Source of the DNA: Anaeramoeba ignava BMAN
Lineage: Eukaryota; Protista; Anaeramoebae
Length of the DNA stretch: 64,000 nucleotides
Direction of reading: 5' to 3'
NCBI GenBank assembly: GCA_028826165.1
Contig: JAPDFW010000063.1
Location: 1,116,001-1,180,000 of the forward strand
Position 1 is the stretch's first letter. Every line of letters starts with the position of its first letter. The notes below the pieces were generated by a model that was not told the origin of the DNA, ran no database searches, and worked only from the letters and a program-made list of their open reading frames with translations. Position numbers and translations under genes: made by a program. This document shows positions 1 through 11,298 of the stretch, one piece after another.

Positions 1-2
1 AA

Positions 3-1238
3 GAAAAAGGAAAAGAAACAAAAACACTTGAAAATTTGCTTTCAGAAAAGAGTGAAATATATAATGATTTTTGTGATTTGTGGAATTACGAGCAATTATC
101 GCAAGAAATGTTCGAAACAAATTTCATTTCCTCGAAAACAGAAATTAATGAGATTGTCAAAAATAAGATTACTCTTGAGCAAATATACGAGAAATATGTG
201 AAGTCTTATAACGAATTGGTATATACAATAACAACAAAATTTATCAATAATTCGAGGAAGTTTGTTGTGGAAAGGATTGAATTGAAATCAGAAACTGAGA
301 AGAAATTCCCAAATATTTTGCGTCTATCGATCGAGGAAATCGACAATTTTGTGATTACCAATTTAATTGAAGAAGTGCAAAGTCTTTATTTATTAGAAAA
401 TTATTTAGAGCAGCAGTTTGAGATGATTGAAGTTCACAAATTAGAGCTTCCTCAACCAGAAGTTCCGTCGATACCTATTTTCCCAGAAAATGTGTTGAAA
501 GATATTAAAAATAAAATAGGAAACGATCAGTTTCAGAAGTCGCAAAGCATCTCAATTATTTCAGAACTGGAGCAATCCAGAATACTTGAGAATTGCGGGT
601 ATTTGCTTAATGTTTTGATGAATTATATTGCCAGCGAAAGTTCAAAAGAAGTTTTTGAAGCAATGAAGAAGAAGAAAATCAAGGATTTTCTTATCCAAGA
701 AGAGATTGCGAACCCCAAAAAAAATGAACCAAAAGAACTTGAGAAAGTATATAAATTGACCCAACTCCGTTTGTTTCAGGGAGTCAAAGAGCATGTTTTG
801 AAATGCCCAACGTTTTGCAAAATTTCTGTTCCTCAGCTTGTGTGTCTATATCAAAAAATATCTGAAAAACTCAACGATACATGTCGTTCTCTATCTCAAG
901 AATTCAAGAAGACGATAGTTGACACAACTAAAGCGGAAATTATTAAGAATTTTAATAATTTAAAACTTCAGTATCAATCTAAGTTAACAAAAGCTTTGGA
1001 AAGTTGTATAGAAATGATTCAAGATAAGAAACCAAAAAACGCAAATGAGAATAAAGAAAAAAATAATTCTGGTCAATTTGAGAATGATGAAATTTTTGAC
1101 AAGCTTTTGGATTATGAGTTGATTGCGTTTGAAGATATATCAAGATTGAAAAATTTAAAAGATTCTAAAATAAAGTTAGAAAATTTGGTTGATTTTTACA
1201 AAATTTGCGAAAGCCATTATCAAAAGAATTTGAATTAA
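3..1238 (+). CDS. C-terminal part of a large unknown protein (5'-truncated by the window edge)
   Basis: The frame of ORF 36..1238 is open back to position 3. The sequence is complex, helical-looking and ends in TAA at 1236-1238. No family recognised. Confidence 0.6.
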   Translation, partial: EKGKETKTLENLLSEKSEIYNDFCDLWNYEQLSQEMFETNFISSKTEINEIVKNKITLEQIYEKYVKSYNELVYTITTKFINNSRKFVVERIELKSETEKKFPNILRLSIEEIDNFVITNLIEEVQSLYLLENYLEQQFEMIEVHKLELPQPEVPSIPIFPENVLKDIKNKIGNDQFQKSQSISIISELEQSRILENCGYLLNVLMNYIASESSKEVFEAMKKKKIKDFLIQEEIANPKKNEPKELEKVYKLTQLRLFQGVKEHVLKCPTFCKISVPQLVCLYQKISEKLNDTCRSLSQEFKKTIVDTTKAEIIKNFNNLKLQYQSKLTKALESCIEMIQDKKPKNANENKEKNNSGQFENDEIFDKLLDYELIAFEDISRLKNLKDSKIKLENLVDFYKICESHYQKNLN

Positions 1239-1400
1239 AATTAAAATCAGAATTAATATCAATTAAAATTAATATCAATTTGAATTAAAATTAAAATTAA
1301 AATCAAAACTAATATGAATCAAAATTAAAATTAAAATTAAAATTAAAATTAAAATTAAAATTAAAATCAATATCAAAATTAAAATTAAAATTAAAATTAA
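1239..1400. repeat. (AAAATT)n-type hexamer microsatellite
   Basis: Visible tandem aaaatt/aaaatc units directly after the stop codon. Confidence 0.85.
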
Positions 1401-1562
1401 AAAAAGAAAAAAAAAAAGAAAAATAAAAATAAAAAGAAAAAATATAAAATCGGAAAAATTTTTTTCATTTTCCAAAAATCATTTTTTTCCTTTCAAATTA
1501 AAATTAGAAATTAAAATAATAAAAATCAAAATCAAAATAAAAATCAAAATAAAAATAATAAA

Positions 1563-4500
1563 ATGAACACATTAGAAGAATTCGCAAGACAACTATACAC
1601 AGAAACCAATCCAGAATTACGAACACAACTCGAAGAGCAATACAAAGAATTTGTATCACGATACGAAAGCATTGAGCTTGGATTAAGACTGCTAACAGAA
1701 AGCGAGAATCATCAAGCACAATTTTTTGCCAGTTCAGCTTTAAAGACGTTAATAACGGATTATTGGAACGTAATTGGGAGTGAAACAAAAAACCAGATCC
1801 AGAACACAGTATTAGAGATCCGGTTTGGAAAACAAACAAGACGAGAAGCGAACCACGTGCTGAACGCAATGGAGACTGTTGTAGCACGGTCAGTTAAGCT
1901 TGGATGGGATGATCCTGAACTCGACTGCAAGAATCTTTTGGACAAAATCGCAGGATATTTCTTTTCGTTCAACCCGGAAATTGTGGTTGCGAGTTTGCGG
2001 GTGAGTCGGCAGCTTGTGGAAGAGTTCACGATGGAGATTGGAAACAGGGAAACGAAGACAGTCCATCGAAAAAAAGCAACTTCTTTCCAAGAGTATTTGA
2101 TCAAGTTCCTTGATTTTGCAGTGAGTGTACTTGGACAGAGCCCAAACGAAGATGAGGCACTTGAGACGCTGCGGAAGATCAGCGAGATCACACTGGGAAA
2201 TAGAATAAGGGATCGGGATCAAGCAATGCGGGCTGTCGGGGAAGAGCAAATGAGAGTTGCGAATAAGCCAAGTGGGATCAGCGGAAAGGATGTTTCGCGA
2301 GAATTATTCCGTCTTGTTCGTGCTTGTCTTAATTTCGGACTCCCGCAGGCGCATGATGAGCAGAAACATGGGACGACGGCGATATATTTCCGCAGCGAGT
2401 TCAGGGAATTGATTAACAAGACGGATATTCTGAGTGTTTTTTTCGATCACTACCAAAATAATACTATTGCGGCAGGCGCGGTTGCATTGGAATGTGTGGG
2501 GTTATTCGTGCAAATTCCGTCGTATTATTTCTCAACCGACGGCGGTTATGAAAAAATGAAGAATTCACTTGTCAAGGGAATATGGGATATTCTCAAGGAT
2601 TCTCGCGGCTTGGACAACGAAGACATTGCGCATCAGTTCTGCGTGATGCATTTCAACACTGCAGGAGAGCATGACGTTCGGGAGTTCACAGGGATCGGGT
2701 TGTTTGACGAGTGGATGGATCGGCTGCTTGAATTTACGCTCCACGTGCTTCGCCGATCCACAGAGAGCAAACTCTTTGCAAACAGCATCTATTATCTTCT
2801 TGGGTTCTGGGGTCGCGTCTCGGGTGTAAGGGCCTTTGTCGAGAACCACCACAACCAATTCGCACACAAGAACTCTGTCATCTTCCAGACTTATATCCGT
2901 CTCCAGATTAGCTGCATCGACTGGGAATTCGACACCCATGAAGGTGTTGTTGCAGATGCTTTGGATGAAGGCTCGGGTTTTTATGAGATTCTTCAGGCAA
3001 TTTGTGAGTTGGGAAGAATCAATTATGAAGGAAATGCAAGTTTTTTGATCTCCCAGAAAAGCGAGATTGAGAAGAAATATCACGCGCGATTGGCAAATCT
3101 TTCCCAACAAGACCCTGCGCGCGATGCACTTGCAACCGATCTCGCGTTTCTTGTTGCCGTGACAACAATTCTGATACGCAAACAAGCGCGGTATCCGCAT
3201 ATCAACACAAAGTTCCGAACAGATGCTGAGCTCGTGGAGTGTGTTCTTTCCCTCCTCGCCAACCAGCACGAACTCGGACAATCCCATGAAAATCCTCCTC
3301 TCAGCCAACCCCTCCACAACGCTTGTCTGTTCTTTCTCCACTCCATATGGAAAACCCATCTCAGCACAACATCCTCTTTTTACTCCTCCTTCTTTGACGC
3401 GCTTTCTTCCATTTCCCAAATAGATTCAAACACCCAATTCCATGCATTTATTCTCAATGCTCTTGTGTGGAATCTCAAGCACTGGGCATCTTCCCTTGAA
3501 ATCATCTCCAAATCTCTTGATTTCCTTCTCGAAATCGTTGCCAATCCGTACAACTTCCCCGCAATTTCCCATCTGGATCCCCTCGGCTTGCTCGAGAGTG
3601 AGTTCACAAGCTTCGTTTTCTTGGAGTCTCATCTCGCACGCACCGGAAAACTTCGCAGAGTCTTCTTCGCTGTAATTGGAAAGCTCATCTTCATGGAGGA
3701 AAACCGCGCCAAAAGAGTCGAGCATTTCGATTCCTTTTCAAATTCTCTCGATGACAAATTCAAGGTCATACACTCCTCTCTCCAGGAATCCTCTCCACAA
3801 CAGCTTGCTGAGCTCTTTGCTCTCGAGGATAACGCTCTTCCGCTTTTCGCATTCATGCAAGATCTGCGCGGATTCCTCTCATCAGCAACTTCCCCTCATG
3901 CTTATACCCTGTTTTTTGAGTGGTTTTTCCCTGACCATTTCAATGATCTTCTTGCTCTTTCTTCTCATCTTCCTCTCTCATCACGTCCTTTGCTCCATAT
4001 CTACAAATTCTGGGCAGAATTGACATATAATCAAGCACAGAGGATTATGTTTGACTCAACTTCTCCATATGGAATGATTCTTTTCAGCGCAGCATCTGAT
4101 ATAATTCAGCGCCATTCCGCAGCTTTGATCTCGAATATGAAAACATTGATTTCTTCAAATATTCAGAATGTTGAAAATATCCAAAATATTCAAAATATTC
4201 AAAATATTCAAAATATTCAAAATATCCAAAACAAAAACCAAATAGACCCTTCTATTCTTGCTGCAAACAGCGACTACGCTACAATAGTTCGTTTCGTCTC
4301 CATTCTCTCAACCATTTTCTACAACACCCTCAAAGGAGGATATGTCCAATTCGGTGTGTTCGAAATATACAACGACACATCGTTCAAAAATACTCTCAAC
4401 TCAGTTCTCGACATGTCATTTGCACTGGACATCCGCGCGTTTTTTCTTTTCCCCCGAGCTTTTAAAAACTACTTCAAAATTCTCAAATTTATATCTTCTG

Positions 4501-5012
4501 ATTTTATCGATTACATCGTTTCTCTCGAGCCCCGCATTCTTCGTAACCTTGCAGACCATCTTGTCTTTGGTGTTTCCTGTGCAATGCCAAAGATTGTCAT
4601 CAACAGCTGTCGTGCCATCCGCTCAATCATGGATCATTACCTCTCTGTTATTGAACCGCCTTTGTTCCCTAGTTCTCTCCGCGAAGAACGTCTTCATTCA
4701 TACTCAGAGCATCTCCGTTTCCATCCTGCTCTTTTCCGCAACTGGCTCGATGCTCTTTTTGATTATCTTGTTGTCACACCAAATCCTTCTTCAGATTACA
4801 TTGCTCCTCCCCTTTTTAGTCTTATGATTGTTGAAGAGGATTATTTTAATTCGATCTCTTCTTCTTTTATTGATTCTCTTGTCTCAAAGGAAAAGGCTCG
4901 TTCTTTGTTTACTCAATTAACTTCTGGTGTTTCCAAATCCAAAGATGCAAAGAATAGATCTATTTTTACTCAAAATTTGACTAAATTTTGTCAAGATTTG
5001 AAGGATCTTTAA
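1563..5012 (+). CDS. XPO7: Exportin-7 / RanBP16-like karyopherin-beta
   Basis: 1149-aa intronless ORF with an importin-beta-like N-terminus. Motifs NSIYYLLGFW, KFWAELTYNQAQRIMFDSTSPYGMILF, GGYVQFGVFEIYND and KNRSIFTQNL match XPO7 signatures. Contains an internal (NIQ)n insert. Confidence 0.85.
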   Translation: MNTLEEFARQLYTETNPELRTQLEEQYKEFVSRYESIELGLRLLTESENHQAQFFASSALKTLITDYWNVIGSETKNQIQNTVLEIRFGKQTRREANHVLNAMETVVARSVKLGWDDPELDCKNLLDKIAGYFFSFNPEIVVASLRVSRQLVEEFTMEIGNRETKTVHRKKATSFQEYLIKFLDFAVSVLGQSPNEDEALETLRKISEITLGNRIRDRDQAMRAVGEEQMRVANKPSGISGKDVSRELFRLVRACLNFGLPQAHDEQKHGTTAIYFRSEFRELINKTDILSVFFDHYQNNTIAAGAVALECVGLFVQIPSYYFSTDGGYEKMKNSLVKGIWDILKDSRGLDNEDIAHQFCVMHFNTAGEHDVREFTGIGLFDEWMDRLLEFTLHVLRRSTESKLFANSIYYLLGFWGRVSGVRAFVENHHNQFAHKNSVIFQTYIRLQISCIDWEFDTHEGVVADALDEGSGFYEILQAICELGRINYEGNASFLISQKSEIEKKYHARLANLSQQDPARDALATDLAFLVAVTTILIRKQARYPHINTKFRTDAELVECVLSLLANQHELGQSHENPPLSQPLHNACLFFLHSIWKTHLSTTSSFYSSFFDALSSISQIDSNTQFHAFILNALVWNLKHWASSLEIISKSLDFLLEIVANPYNFPAISHLDPLGLLESEFTSFVFLESHLARTGKLRRVFFAVIGKLIFMEENRAKRVEHFDSFSNSLDDKFKVIHSSLQESSPQQLAELFALEDNALPLFAFMQDLRGFLSSATSPHAYTLFFEWFFPDHFNDLLALSSHLPLSSRPLLHIYKFWAELTYNQAQRIMFDSTSPYGMILFSAASDIIQRHSAALISNMKTLISSNIQNVENIQNIQNIQNIQNIQNIQNKNQIDPSILAANSDYATIVRFVSILSTIFYNTLKGGYVQFGVFEIYNDTSFKNTLNSVLDMSFALDIRAFFLFPRAFKNYFKILKFISSDFIDYIVSLEPRILRNLADHLVFGVSCAMPKIVINSCRAIRSIMDHYLSVIEPPLFPSSLREERLHSYSEHLRFHPALFRNWLDALFDYLVVTPNPSSDYIAPPLFSLMIVEEDYFNSISSSFIDSLVSKEKARSLFTQLTSGVSKSKDAKNRSIFTQNLTKFCQDLKDL

Positions 5013-5049
5013 GAGATTTTCAGGAGGATATATTGAATTAAAATGAAAA

Positions 5050-6150
5050 TTTAAAACAAAATTTATAACAAAATTTATAACAAAATTTATAACAAAATTT
5101 ATAACAAAATTGAAACAAATTTATAACAAAATTTATAACAAAATTTAAAACAAAATTTATAACAAAATTTATAACAAAATTTATAACAAAATTTATAACA
5201 AAATTTATAACAAAATTTATAATGAAATTTGAAACAAAATTTATAACAAAATTTGAAACAAAATTTATAACAAAATTTAAAACAAAATTTATAACAAAAT
5301 TTATAACAAAATTTATAACAAAATTTACAACAAAATTGAAATGAAATTTAAAACAAAATTTATAACAAAATTTAAAACAAAATTTATAACAAAATTTATA
5401 ACAAAATTTAAAACAAAATTTATAACAATTTATAACAATTTATAACAAAATTTATAACAAAATTTATAACAAAATTTATAACAAAATTTAAAACAAAATT
5501 TATAACAAAATTTATAACAAAATTTATAACAAAATTTATAACAAAATTTAAAACAAAATTTAAAACAAAATTTAAAACAAAATTTATAACAAAATTTAAA
5601 ACAAAATTTAAAACAAAATTTATAACAAAATTTAAAACAAAATTTATAACAAAATTTATAACAAAATTTATAACAAAATTTATAACAAAATTTATAACAA
5701 AATTTAAAACAAAATTTATAACAAAATTTAAAACAAAATTTATAACAAAATTTATAACAAAATTTGAAACAAAATTTAAAACAAAATTTATAACAAAATT
5801 TAAAACAAAATTTATAACAAAATTTATAACAAAATTTATAACAAAATTTATAACAAAATTTAAAACAAAATTTATAACAAAATTTATAACAAAATTTATA
5901 ACAAAATTTAAAACAAAATTTATAACAAAATTGAAATGAAATTTAAAACAAAATTTAAAACAAAATTTATAACAAAATTGAAATGAAATTTAAAACAAAA
6001 TTTAAAACAAAATTTATAACAAAATTTAAAACAAAATTTATAACAAAATTTAAAACAAAATTGAAATGAAATTTAAAACAAAATTTATAACAAAATTTAT
6101 AACAAAATTGAAATGAAATTTGAAACAATTTATAACAAAATTGAAATGAA
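5050..6150. repeat. 12-bp tandem repeat (ACAAAATTTATA)n, intergenic, about 1.1 kb
   Basis: Visible array with variants ACAAAATTTAAA and occasional TGAAATGA, lying between two convergent genes. Confidence 0.95.
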
Positions 6151-6328
6151 AACAAAATTTAAATTAAAAATTTATTCTTCTTTTTTTTTCTTTTATTTCT
6201 CATTTCTCTTCTTTCCAAAAACAAAATTTTGTCTTTTTAAAGAAGGGATTTTGATTTCTGTTTTGAAAAAAAAATAAAATGCTTTTTTTTTCGTTAATAA
6301 AAATCTTTTTTTTCTTTTTCTAAAAATC

Positions 6329-7600
6329 TTAATCAGAATCATTATCATTATCACTTTCATTATCATTATCATTATCATTTTCATTTTCATTTTCATTGTC
6401 ACTTTCATTTTCATTTTCATTTTCATTATCACTTTCATTTTCATTTTCATTTTCATTTTCATTTTCATTATCATTATCATTTTCATTTTCATTTTCATTT
6501 TCATTTTCATTTTCATTTTCATTTTCATTTTCATTTTCATTTTCTTGACTTATTGATTCTTTATCAACACTCATTGTATCATCAAGATCTTGACTTGTTC
6601 CATCTGCACTATCCTCTATTTCATCATTTCCTTCATTTTTTTCATTCATTAAATCAGCTTGGAATTGTTTATCTACTTCTTCCTTAATAATCATAATTTT
6701 CGCATCAAGTTCGTTTTTAATTTGATTAATTTCATCTTCAATTTCTAAAACTTGTTGATCATCAAGTACATTTGCTGAATCTTGTTTTTTTAAATTAGCT
6801 TTTATTCTCAACGCAATTTCATCTAATTTCAATCTTTCTCCATCAACTTCAGAATTATCCAACTTTTTTTTTTTGGGAATTTTTTTTTGTTTTTGTTCTT
6901 CTTTTTGTTCTTCTTTTTGTTTTTGTTTTTCTTTTTGTTTTTGTTTTTCTTTTTGTTCTTCTTTCTTTTTAATTGGAGTTTTAATTGGAGTTTTAATTGG
7001 AGTTTTAATTGGTTTTTTAATTGGAGTTTTAATCGGTTTTTTAATCGGTTTTTTTTCGTTATGTATTTGTTTCTGATTTGGATTTGGTTTTTGAATTGGT
7101 TTTGAATTTGAATTTAAATTTTGTTTTTTTGGTTCCACTTTCTTTGTAAAATTTTTCTTTTGAATTGAATTGATTTGCTTTACTCCTTTCTTAATAATAA
7201 TTGGCCTCATTCCATTTTTTGAATTTTTTTCATTTAATCCAACTTTAGGTGATTCAATTTTTTTTCTTGAAGATGGATTCATTAACGATTGAGTTATTTT
7301 TTGGATTGAATTTGGTTTTTTTTTAAGAGGAGTTGATTTTGAAAATGATTTTTGATCTTTTATTGTTTTTTTATTTTGATTATTTTCTTTTTTATTATTT
7401 TCTTTTATTTTTGGTTTTGAAGGAGATTTTGCTCTTTGTTTTTCAGAACTATTAATTAAATTCTCAATTTTTTGTGTTGCATTTATAAAGTACTTATTCA
7501 TTTCTATTAAATTATCTGTAAGCTTTTGATTTAAAATATTCCAGTTTTGATTCTCTTTTTTAATTAATAAAATTTCTTTTTTTAAAGAGAATTCATTCAT
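6329..7600 (-). CDS. Hypothetical low-complexity protein (Lys/Pro-rich middle, coiled coil, acidic EN/DN tail)
   Basis: 423-aa ORF with a non-repetitive N-terminus, PIKK/PIKT repeats, a helical segment and an acidic tail. Confidence 0.65.
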   Translation of the reverse strand: MNEFSLKKEILLIKKENQNWNILNQKLTDNLIEMNKYFINATQKIENLINSSEKQRAKSPSKPKIKENNKKENNQNKKTIKDQKSFSKSTPLKKKPNSIQKITQSLMNPSSRKKIESPKVGLNEKNSKNGMRPIIIKKGVKQINSIQKKNFTKKVEPKKQNLNSNSKPIQKPNPNQKQIHNEKKPIKKPIKTPIKKPIKTPIKTPIKTPIKKKEEQKEKQKQKEKQKQKEEQKEEQKQKKIPKKKKLDNSEVDGERLKLDEIALRIKANLKKQDSANVLDDQQVLEIEDEINQIKNELDAKIMIIKEEVDKQFQADLMNEKNEGNDEIEDSADGTSQDLDDTMSVDKESISQENENENENENENENENENENENDNDNENENENENENESDNENENENESDNENENENDNDNDNESDNDNDSD

Positions 7601-7880
7601 TTTTATTTTAAAAAAATTTTTTTTTCTTTTTATTCTTTTTTTTTATTAATTTTTTTAATTTTTGGAAAAGAAAAATGATTTAAAAAATAAAATTAAAAAA
7701 AAAATAAAATTTAATTAAAAATTAATTTAGATTCAAATTCTTGTTTTTATTTCTTTCTTCCAAAAAAAAATATAAGGAATTTTTTGTAAAGTAAAAAAAA
7801 AAAAAGAACAAATTAAAAAAAAAAATCAAAAAAAAAAAAAGTTGAACAAATTTCTTTTCATTTTGGGAATTTTTTTAGTT

Positions 7881-10595
7881 TCATTTCTTTTTTTCTTCTA
7901 ATAAAGTTTTAATCAATTCTTTTAATGGAGCTAATTCATTATTTTTAATTAATCTTTAAAATAAAAAAATTAATTAATTAATTTAAATTAAATTAAAATT
8001 AAATTAAAAATCGGAAAAAAAAAATTTACTTAAATTCTCTCACAAAATACATAAAATGTTTGAATGATGTATTTAAATGAGCTTCTTCTCCAAGATTTGT
8101 AATATCATCAAAGTGATTGTGATACATATGAGCATAAACTCGAAACAATCTTTTAAAAATTATTTTCACAATACTTTGAAAGTTTTTTGGAAATGAATAA
8201 CCTTTAATTATTTGAAATCAAAATTCAAATTCAATTTAAAATTAAAATTAAAATTGAAATTCAAATTAAAATTAAAATTAAAATTAAAATTGAAATTAAA
8301 ATTAAAATTAAAACAAACCCATTTTTGATGGGAAAACATTTTCATTATCTAAAAGATCTTGAATCCAATTCATTAAACGATCAATATAATCAGGAGCGGA
8401 TAATCTTTGTGGTTTTTTAATAGTTTGTCCATCAGCCCAATGATATTCATATTTTGGACCTGCTGACATTACTTTGCATGAATCAGTTGTACAAAATTCA
8501 GTAATTGTTCCATAAAGCATATTAATTTGATTGAAAAAATCAACAGCTATTATTTAATTATAAATTTAATTATAAATTTAATTATAAATTTAATTATTAT
8601 GTTAATTATAAATTTAATTGTAAATATAAATATAAATTTAATTATAAATATAATTATAAATTTAATTATAAATTTAATTATAAATTTATTTGTAAATTTA
8701 ATTATAAATTTCATTATAAATTTGATTATAAATTTCATTATAAATTTAATTATAAATTCATTCATTGGATAAATTTTTACATTATAAATTTAATTATAAA
8801 TTTAATTATAAATTTAATTATAAATTTAATTATAAATTTAATTATAAATTTCATTATAAATTTAATTATAAATTTCATTATAAATTTAATTATAAATTTA
8901 ATTATAAATTTAATTATAAATTTAATTATAAATTTAATTATAAATTTAATTATAAATTTAATTATAAATTTAATTATAAATTTAATTTAATTATAAATTT
9001 AATTATAAATATAATTATAAATTTAATTATAAATTTAATTATAAATTTAATTATAAATTTAATTATAAATTTAATTATAAATTTAATTATAAATTTAATT
9101 ATAAATTTATTTGTAAATTGTTTATAAATTTAAATATAAATTTTATTATAAATATAATTATAAATTTAATTATAAATTTGTTTATAAATTTAATTATAAA
9201 TATAATTATAAATTTAATTATAAATTTAATTATAAATTTGATTATAAATATAATTATAAATTTAATTATAAATTTAATTATAAATTTGATTATAAATTTA
9301 ATTATAAATTTGATTATAAATTTAATTATAAAATTAATTATAAATTTATAAATTTAATTATAAATTTAATTATAAATTTAATTATAAATTTATTTATAAA
9401 TTTAATTATAAATTTAATTATAAATTTAATTATAAATTTAATTATAAATATAATTATAAATATAATTATAAATTTAATTATAAATTTAATTATAAATTTA
9501 ATTATAAATTTAATTATAAATTTAATTATAAATTTAATTATAAATTTAATTATAAATTTAATTATAAATTTAATTATAAATTTAATTATAAATTTAATTA
9601 TAAATTTAATTATAAATTTAATTATAAATTTAATTATAAATTTAATTATAAATTTAATTATAAATTTAATTATAAATTTAATTATAAATATGATTATAAA
9701 TTTAATTATAAATTTGATTATAAATTTGATTATAAATTTGATTATAAATTTAATTATAAATTTAATTATAAATTTAATTATAAATTTAATTATAAATTTA
9801 ATTATAAATTTAATTATAAATTTAATTATAAATTTAATTATAAATTTCATTATAAATTTAATTATAAATATAATTATAAATTTAATTATAAATTTAATTA
9901 TAAATATAATTATAAATATAATTATAAATTTATTTGTAAATTGTTTTTAAAATTGATTATAAATATAATTATAAATTTAATTATAAATTTAATTATAAAT
10001 TTAATTATAAATTTGATTATAAATTTAATTATAAATTTAATTATAAATTTAATTATAAATTTAATTATAAATTTAATTATAAATTTCATTATAAATTTAA
10101 TTATAAATTTAATTATAAAATTAATTATAAAATTAATTATAAATTTAATTATAAATTTAATTATAAATTTAATTATTAATTTCATTATAAATTTAATTAT
10201 AAATTTAATTATAAATTTAATTATAAATTTAATTATAAATATAATTATAAATTTAATTATAAATTTAATTATAAATTTAATTGTAAATTTAATTATAAAT
10301 TTAATTATAAATTTCATTATAAATTTATTTGTAAATTGATTATAAAATTGTTTTTAAAATTGTTTTTAAAATTGATTATATATTTGTTGATAAATGTAAA
10401 TTGGAATAAAAAAAATAAATTACTATTAACTGCAAGCCATTCATTTAAATCTTCTCCTTCAGGAAGTACAACCGCTAAATGTAAATTTCCACTCCCAAGA
10501 GTCGCATCTGCAAATTTCTTTAATTCATATTGTTTTGTTCCTTCTTTAATTTTTCTTTGAGGCTTGAATGTTTTAGTTTTGCTAAAAAAACTCAT
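7881..10595 (-). CDS. MOB1: MOB kinase activator MOB1, 4 exons (10595-10424, 8546-8319, 8201-8030, 7953-7881), 214 aa
   Basis: Spliced translation gives [82 protein letters not shown]. All three introns are GT-AG and preserve frame. Confidence 0.97.
8555..10370. repeat. 12-bp tandem repeat (TTATAAATTTAA)n filling MOB1 intron 1 (8547-10423)
   Basis: Visible array bounded by a GTAATT donor and an AATAG acceptor on the minus strand. Confidence 0.95.
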
Positions 10596-10914
10596 TTATT
10601 CAAAACAAAAAAAAGAGAAAACGATTTTATTATTATTTTTTTGTTGTTTCTTGTTGAAAAAAAATGAAAAAAAAAATTTTGAAAGAAAAATTAAAAGCAA
10701 AAAAAAAAAATTAATTAAAAAAATATGGAAAAAATTAAATGGAGAAAAATAAAAAACAAATTCGAAAATCTAAAAGGAAATTTAAACAAATCAAATAAAA
10801 ATAAAATGAACCAAAAAAATTCCTGACTTAAATTTTTTTTATTCTTATTGATTTTGTTTAAAAAAAGAAGAAGAAGAAGAAGAAGAAGATCAAATAGGAA
10901 AAATTTTTCCTTTT

Positions 10915-11232
10915 TCATTTCAATTTATTTTCAACAGAATCAATTTTATCTTTCATTGTTTGAACCCTATCATTTCTGGTTCCAATTGATAATTCTGTAT
11001 GAATTCTTGGAACTCCAATATCATGAAGAGTATGATGAAATTCTTTAATAGCTTGAGTAATTGAATCAAAATCACCTTCAACATTTGTTCCATTTGAATG
11101 TAATTTTGTTTTAATTGGATATTTTTGAAGAATTTTGTGACACATCGCGACATATTTACTTAAACTAGTCCCAACACCAATTGGAACAACAACAATATTT
11201 CCAATGCAATTTAAACTTTTTTTATTCGACAT
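10915..11232 (-). CDS. MTH1187/YkoF-like thiamine-binding protein (DUF77 / Ecm15 family)
   Basis: 105 aa with VVPIGVGTSLSKYVA, LHSNGTNVEGD and GVPRIHTELSIGTRNDR..TMKDKIDSV, typical of the family. Confidence 0.85.
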   Translation of the reverse strand: MSNKKSLNCIGNIVVVPIGVGTSLSKYVAMCHKILQKYPIKTKLHSNGTNVEGDFDSITQAIKEFHHTLHDIGVPRIHTELSIGTRNDRVQTMKDKIDSVENKLK

Positions 11233-11298
11233 TTTTTTTGGATTTGAAAAAAAAAAATGAAAAAAAAAGCGAAAAAATTTTTCATTTTTTTTTTCTAT

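Noticed and set aside
1760-4827. Antisense and alternate-frame ORFs within exportin-7 (up to 284 aa), and similar ones within TRRAP
   Set aside because: Shadow ORFs expected from locally higher GC; no recognisable motifs.
8527-10339. ORFs such as (IINL)n, (FIIK)n and (KFNY)n, and similar ORFs at 14601-15333, 26929-27696, 36073-36282, 51866-52534 and 59050-59259
   Set aside because: They are translations of tandem repeats inside introns or intergenic DNA.
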